Origin: an uncultured virus (IMG/VR IMGVR_UViG_3300016457_000183)
Taxonomy: Duplodnaviria; Heunggongvirae; Uroviricota; Caudoviricetes
IMG/VR virus record: IMGVR_UViG_3300016457_000183
Length of the DNA: 20,000 nucleotides
Reading direction: 5' to 3' (one strand)
This document shows positions 17,415-20,000 of this stretch, piece by piece (positions within the stretch are counted from its first letter, which is position 1; each line of letters opens with the position of its first letter). The position numbers and the translations under genes were made by a program. Under the pieces are notes generated by a model. It made no database searches and was not told the DNA's origin. It was given only the letters and a program-made list of their open reading frames with translations.

Positions 17415-18113
17415 TCAAGTTTGAATCAATTGAAAAAATTCTTCTACTGCCTTCTGCATCGATTTAAAAGAAACTCTATCATTAAAAAAATCGATCCGAT
17501 CATCCAGACCTACCTTTCCTAACGCTTTACGTGTTGGATAAGAAGTATCCAATGACTCAATAGGTACTCCCGAATCAAAAATTTCGGGTAGCTCACTAGG
17601 GTCAGGACACCCTAAAATGTGAACTGGTTTAGAAGTCAACTTAAATGAATAAACTGACAGAAATAATCTGTTAGGATACATCACTCGAGGTATACCAACC
17701 AAATGAAAACGGTTCTCAAACTCAGAATAAAGGATACGTAAACACCGTGTCCACTCGATGATGCTGTGTCCTTGAGGTACAATCATAACTTTAGTATCCG
17801 CAGGAAGTGAGTGTTTGAAAAACTGACGAGTGAGTTTAATGGTACCCTTACTATCACTATACACATCTGGTGCAACCACTACGTCTGGGCGTAACGTTTG
17901 GATGAGCTCTATGTACTTCTTAATGTCAATAGAAGCTCCTTGTTCATAAGCACCGTTGTCCAGATAGAGAGGGAGTTGAGAACGGTGTTCGTGTACGAAG
18001 TTACGGTAAGTCTCATTTTCAAACCAAGGAGCTATAGCGAAGATATAATCACTAAACTCAACTTGAAGCTCAAGGCTTTTCAAAGGAACTTCGAAGGAAA
18101 ACTTACAAGTCAT
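17415..18113 (-). CDS. TGT-fold guanine transglycosylase (DpdA-like), catalytic residues apparently intact
   Basis: LDNG (D52), APDV (D83), VPQG (Q114), HILG and LDTS (D189) occur in the order of the TGT DSG / D / QG / HxLG / D motifs; directly upstream of queC; RBS AAAGGAGG. Confidence 0.78.
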   Translation of the reverse strand: MTCKFSFEVPLKSLELQVEFSDYIFAIAPWFENETYRNFVHEHRSQLPLYLDNGAYEQGASIDIKKYIELIQTLRPDVVVAPDVYSDSKGTIKLTRQFFKHSLPADTKVMIVPQGHSIIEWTRCLRILYSEFENRFHLVGIPRVMYPNRLFLSVYSFKLTSKPVHILGCPDPSELPEIFDSGVPIESLDTSYPTRKALGKVGLDDRIDFFNDRVSFKSMQKAVEEFFQLIQT

Positions 18114-18378
18114 AAATGGACCTCCTTTTTTCTGTACTTACTAAAGCTGAGACCTCACAAAATAGACGCTCAGATGCGCTTATTTTACGCGAATTTTACG
18201 CAGGTACATACCTAAGCAATAGTTTGATATAGCCTAGATAGGTACCCACGATTTAAGTGCTGAAGGTACGCGCGATTCTGCACAAATTCGCGAAAATTTC
18301 GCGATGGAAGTACGCAGGTTTCCCAACTATAGAGACTTCTCCAACAACTAACACACACTAGCCTCTTTTTCAACAATT

Positions 18379-18431
18379 TGAACCAAGCCGGGCGCGCGCG
18401 GCTTGAGTTATAGTTCCTGTTAGGAGTGCCC
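18379..18431. repeat. Copy 1 of a ~53-bp direct repeat (36-bp identical core at 18396-18431)
   Basis: tgaaccaag-GC-rich-gcgcggcttgagttatagttcctgttaggagtgccc recurs at 19825-19876. Confidence 0.95.
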
Positions 18432-18471
18432 ATCCCCTTCTGGGTTGGCAGGTTCATTTTCTTCTCAAAAG

Positions 18472-18507
18472 AAGGACGCGGCGGCGCAGCAGACGCGCCG
18501 CGTCCTT
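18472..18507 (-). terminator. GC-rich 12-bp hairpin, probable intrinsic terminator
   Basis: Arms aaggacgcggcg / cgccgcgtcctt; the minus strand continues CUUUUG. Confidence 0.6.
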
Positions 18508-18510
18508 TGT

Positions 18511-18541
18511 ACAAGATTGTTAAATCTTGTTATATTATATA
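18511..18541. promoter_or_regulatory. 8-bp inverted repeat plus AT-rich tract (operator/promoter or unwinding element)
   Basis: acaagatt-gtta-aatcttgt followed by tatattatata (TATAAT on the minus strand at 18534-18539), about 50 bp from the iterons. Confidence 0.45.
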
Positions 18542-18587
18542 CGCTCAAAATCACCAAAAAGTTCAACGAGTTAGCTGCGCAAAAATC

Positions 18588-18666
18588 GCCAGTTTTACGT
18601 AGAAGCCTGCCGGTTTTACGTAGAAGCCTGCCGGTTTTGTGTAAAGGCATGCCAGTTTTACGTAGA
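18588..18666. repeat. Four tandem 21-bp iteron-like repeats (putative replication origin)
   Basis: gccagttttacgtagaagcct / gccggttttacgtagaagcct / gccggttttgtgtaaaggcat / gccagttttacgtaga; the period is about two helical turns; next to the rep gene and an AT-rich tract. Confidence 0.85.
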
Positions 18667-18710
18667 TTAAGATTTTGGTCCCCGGTTCCCCACTACACCC
18701 CACATTTTTG

Positions 18711-18848
18711 CTAACTCACGTGCCACCACCCCTCATTAAATTTGAACCTTTCAACTTTCCTCCAGTGGTAACGGTACCTATTCAACAAGTCTTTTTCAAC
18801 CCACCAGTGTTCAAGCAACCCCATAGCTATGAGGTCATCGAAAGCTTT
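18711..18848 (-). pseudogene. Relic/alternative Rep C-terminal fragment (45 codons)
   Basis: Reads KAFDDLIAMGLLEHWWVEKDLLNRYRYHWRKVERFKFNEGWWHVS*, which aligns with the Rep tail RAFDLLKRTGLITNWHHDDEFGYHKYSWQKPERFTYNPAWRYPPT* (about 15/45 identities by eye). Same frame as rep, behind two TAG codons. Confidence 0.75.
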
Positions 18849-18869
18849 CTAAACGATAAGAGATGTCAA

Positions 18870-19727
18870 CTACGTAGGTGGGTACCGCCAGGCCGGGTTA
18901 TATGTGAACCTCTCAGGTTTCTGCCAGGAGTACTTATGGTAACCAAATTCGTCATCATGATGCCAATTAGTAATAAGGCCCGTTCGCTTTAACAAATCAA
19001 ATGCCCTAAAAATACTCTCACGTTTACGGGAGGCTCGTATAGGTAAATCTCGAAATACATACCGCATAAGACGATCTTCTCTAATAGCAGTGTATTTTTG
19101 TCCTTGGATCCAAACTCCTAACAAAATAGCCATCGGATTTGATAAATCAAGAATAGGAGCGATGTTGATGTGAAACCCTTTCTGACAAGCTTCCCAAAAA
19201 TCTCCATCAACAGCGAATCCAACCGAAAGTCTTTTAGTATGCCGCCCTCTACCTCGTAAGAGATCAACCTCATTATATTTACCACCATCATAGTAATACA
19301 AAGCAGCATGCCAGAGAAGTCTTCGAATTTCTTTTACTCTACTCTTCCAAGACAAAACGTACATTATACTTGCGACGTTCTTGATACTCTCGAAGATCTC
19401 AGGCCCGCTATAGAACTCTCTCTTTCGATACCGCTTCACAAAAGTACTCCATTGACAAACTGTTACCTTTGTAGGAATGAAGTGACCCTCTTGAGTCGCC
19501 CACTCTCGATCAAGCACCTCTTCTTGTGTGAACACAAAAAGAATGCTCAGGAACGTTTGTAAGTCAAACGCACTGAACATGCGGGAGTTCATAATCTCTA
19601 CTTTCTCAAGGTCACTCCAACCTGCGAATTCAGAGAGTCCTTCTTTGATCACTTTCCGAGAAGTTGTGACTGGAAATGCATCTAAAAAATCTTTAGGAAC
19701 CTTTACAATCATGTCAGACGACATCAT
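18870..19727 (-). CDS. Plasmid-type replication initiator (TrfA/RepA-like winged helix)
   Basis: Pattern FDLQTFLSIL, LSNPMAILLGVWI, IREDRL, IFRAFDLLKRTGLI is typical of iteron-binding Rep proteins; adjacent iterons; RBS GGAG. Confidence 0.65.
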   Translation of the reverse strand: MMSSDMIVKVPKDFLDAFPVTTSRKVIKEGLSEFAGWSDLEKVEIMNSRMFSAFDLQTFLSILFVFTQEEVLDREWATQEGHFIPTKVTVCQWSTFVKRYRKREFYSGPEIFESIKNVASIMYVLSWKSRVKEIRRLLWHAALYYYDGGKYNEVDLLRGRGRHTKRLSVGFAVDGDFWEACQKGFHINIAPILDLSNPMAILLGVWIQGQKYTAIREDRLMRYVFRDLPIRASRKRESIFRAFDLLKRTGLITNWHHDDEFGYHKYSWQKPERFTYNPAWRYPPT

Positions 19728-19824
19728 AACATCTCCTATAGCACATACATAATCCTTAGTTCAAACCCAGCGAGTTTATTCTACTTAACAACAATTCATG
19801 CTAAGATCAACAACTACCTTATTA

Positions 19825-19876
19825 TGAACCAAGGCGCGGGGCGCGGCTTGAGTTATAGTTCCTGTTAGGAGTGCCC
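19825..19876. repeat. Copy 2 of the ~53-bp direct repeat (core at 19841-19876)
   Basis: 36-bp exact match to 18396-18431, plus the shared tgaaccaag prefix. Confidence 0.95.
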
Positions 19877-19958
19877 CTAGTACTGCTGTTTCTGAGGTAA
19901 GCTAACTTGAACAACTCCTAAACGAACTGAAACTTGAACTTTTTTCTTTAATTCGAAA

Positions 19959-19992
19959 AGGTGCGGTTGCGGTCGCAAACGCAACCGCACCT
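19959..19992 (-). terminator. GC-rich 13-bp hairpin, probable intrinsic terminator
   Basis: Arms aggtgcggttgcg / cgcaaccgcacct; U run on the minus strand; same position relative to the repeat as the 18472 hairpin. Confidence 0.6.
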
Positions 19993-20000
19993 GTATAAGA

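Noticed and set aside
18114..18200. preQ1 riboswitch upstream of the TGT-like gene and queC
   Set aside because: The context is attractive, but I found no preQ1-I stem-loop with a matching A-rich tail by eye; an Rfam scan would settle it.
18212..18650. Minus-strand ORFs 18212..18514 and 18465..18650
   Set aside because: They run through the hairpin, direct repeat and iterons; the low-complexity translation is a by-product of the DNA repeats.
18588..18666. 21-bp repeats as a CRISPR array
   Set aside because: The repeats are contiguous with no unique spacers, and there are no cas genes; iterons fit better.
18864..18869. Perfect TTGACA (minus strand) right after the rep stop as a sigma70 promoter
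   Set aside because: There is no acceptable -10 box at 16-18 bp spacing.
18849..18872. TAG reassignment (alternative genetic code) fusing Rep to the downstream fragment
   Set aside because: TAG ends several genes immediately before the next gene's RBS or start (10274, 11062, 14430, 14905, 16171), and the long genes are intact under the standard code.
9564..19309. Nested minus-strand ORFs 9564..9779, 9939..10160, 13145..13420 and 19118..19309
   Set aside because: They are alternative frames inside confident genes, with no motifs.
672..19752. All plus-strand ORFs in the track (e.g. 672..920, 1573..1803, 11789..12130, 15122..15409, 18445..18714, 18675..18992)
   Set aside because: They are antisense shadows of well-supported minus-strand genes or translations of repeats, with no motifs or RBS noticed.

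Overview
This window is a gene-dense replication and nucleotide-metabolism module of a dsDNA bacteriophage or phage-plasmid, and every credible gene lies on the minus strand. Strong GGAGG ribosome-binding sites and 1-4 nt gene overlaps point to a bacterial host. In transcription order (right to left) it begins with a plasmid-type (TrfA/RepA-like) initiator, followed by a relic second Rep C-terminus and four 21-bp iterons, all bracketed by a duplicated ~53-bp motif with a neighbouring hairpin. Next come a TGT/DpdA-like transglycosylase, QueC, small Zn-finger proteins, DUF3310, an RNase HII homologue lacking its catalytic acids, a Fis-type HTH protein, a class II ribonucleotide reductase, a sigma-70 region-4 protein and a second, degenerate TGT-fold paralogue. 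The module ends with SbcD/SbcC, an SF2 helicase, a DnaB-like helicase, primase, FolE2, a divergent dUTPase and a family-A DNA polymerase with an N-terminal family-4 UDG domain, which is missing from the ORF track and runs off the left edge. The main highlights are a probable 7-deazaguanine DNA-modification system with an active-looking plus pseudo-enzyme TGT pair and FolE2, and a repeat-bounded iteron/Rep cassette carrying an alternative Rep C-terminus. All family assignments come from motif recognition by eye; no database search was run.
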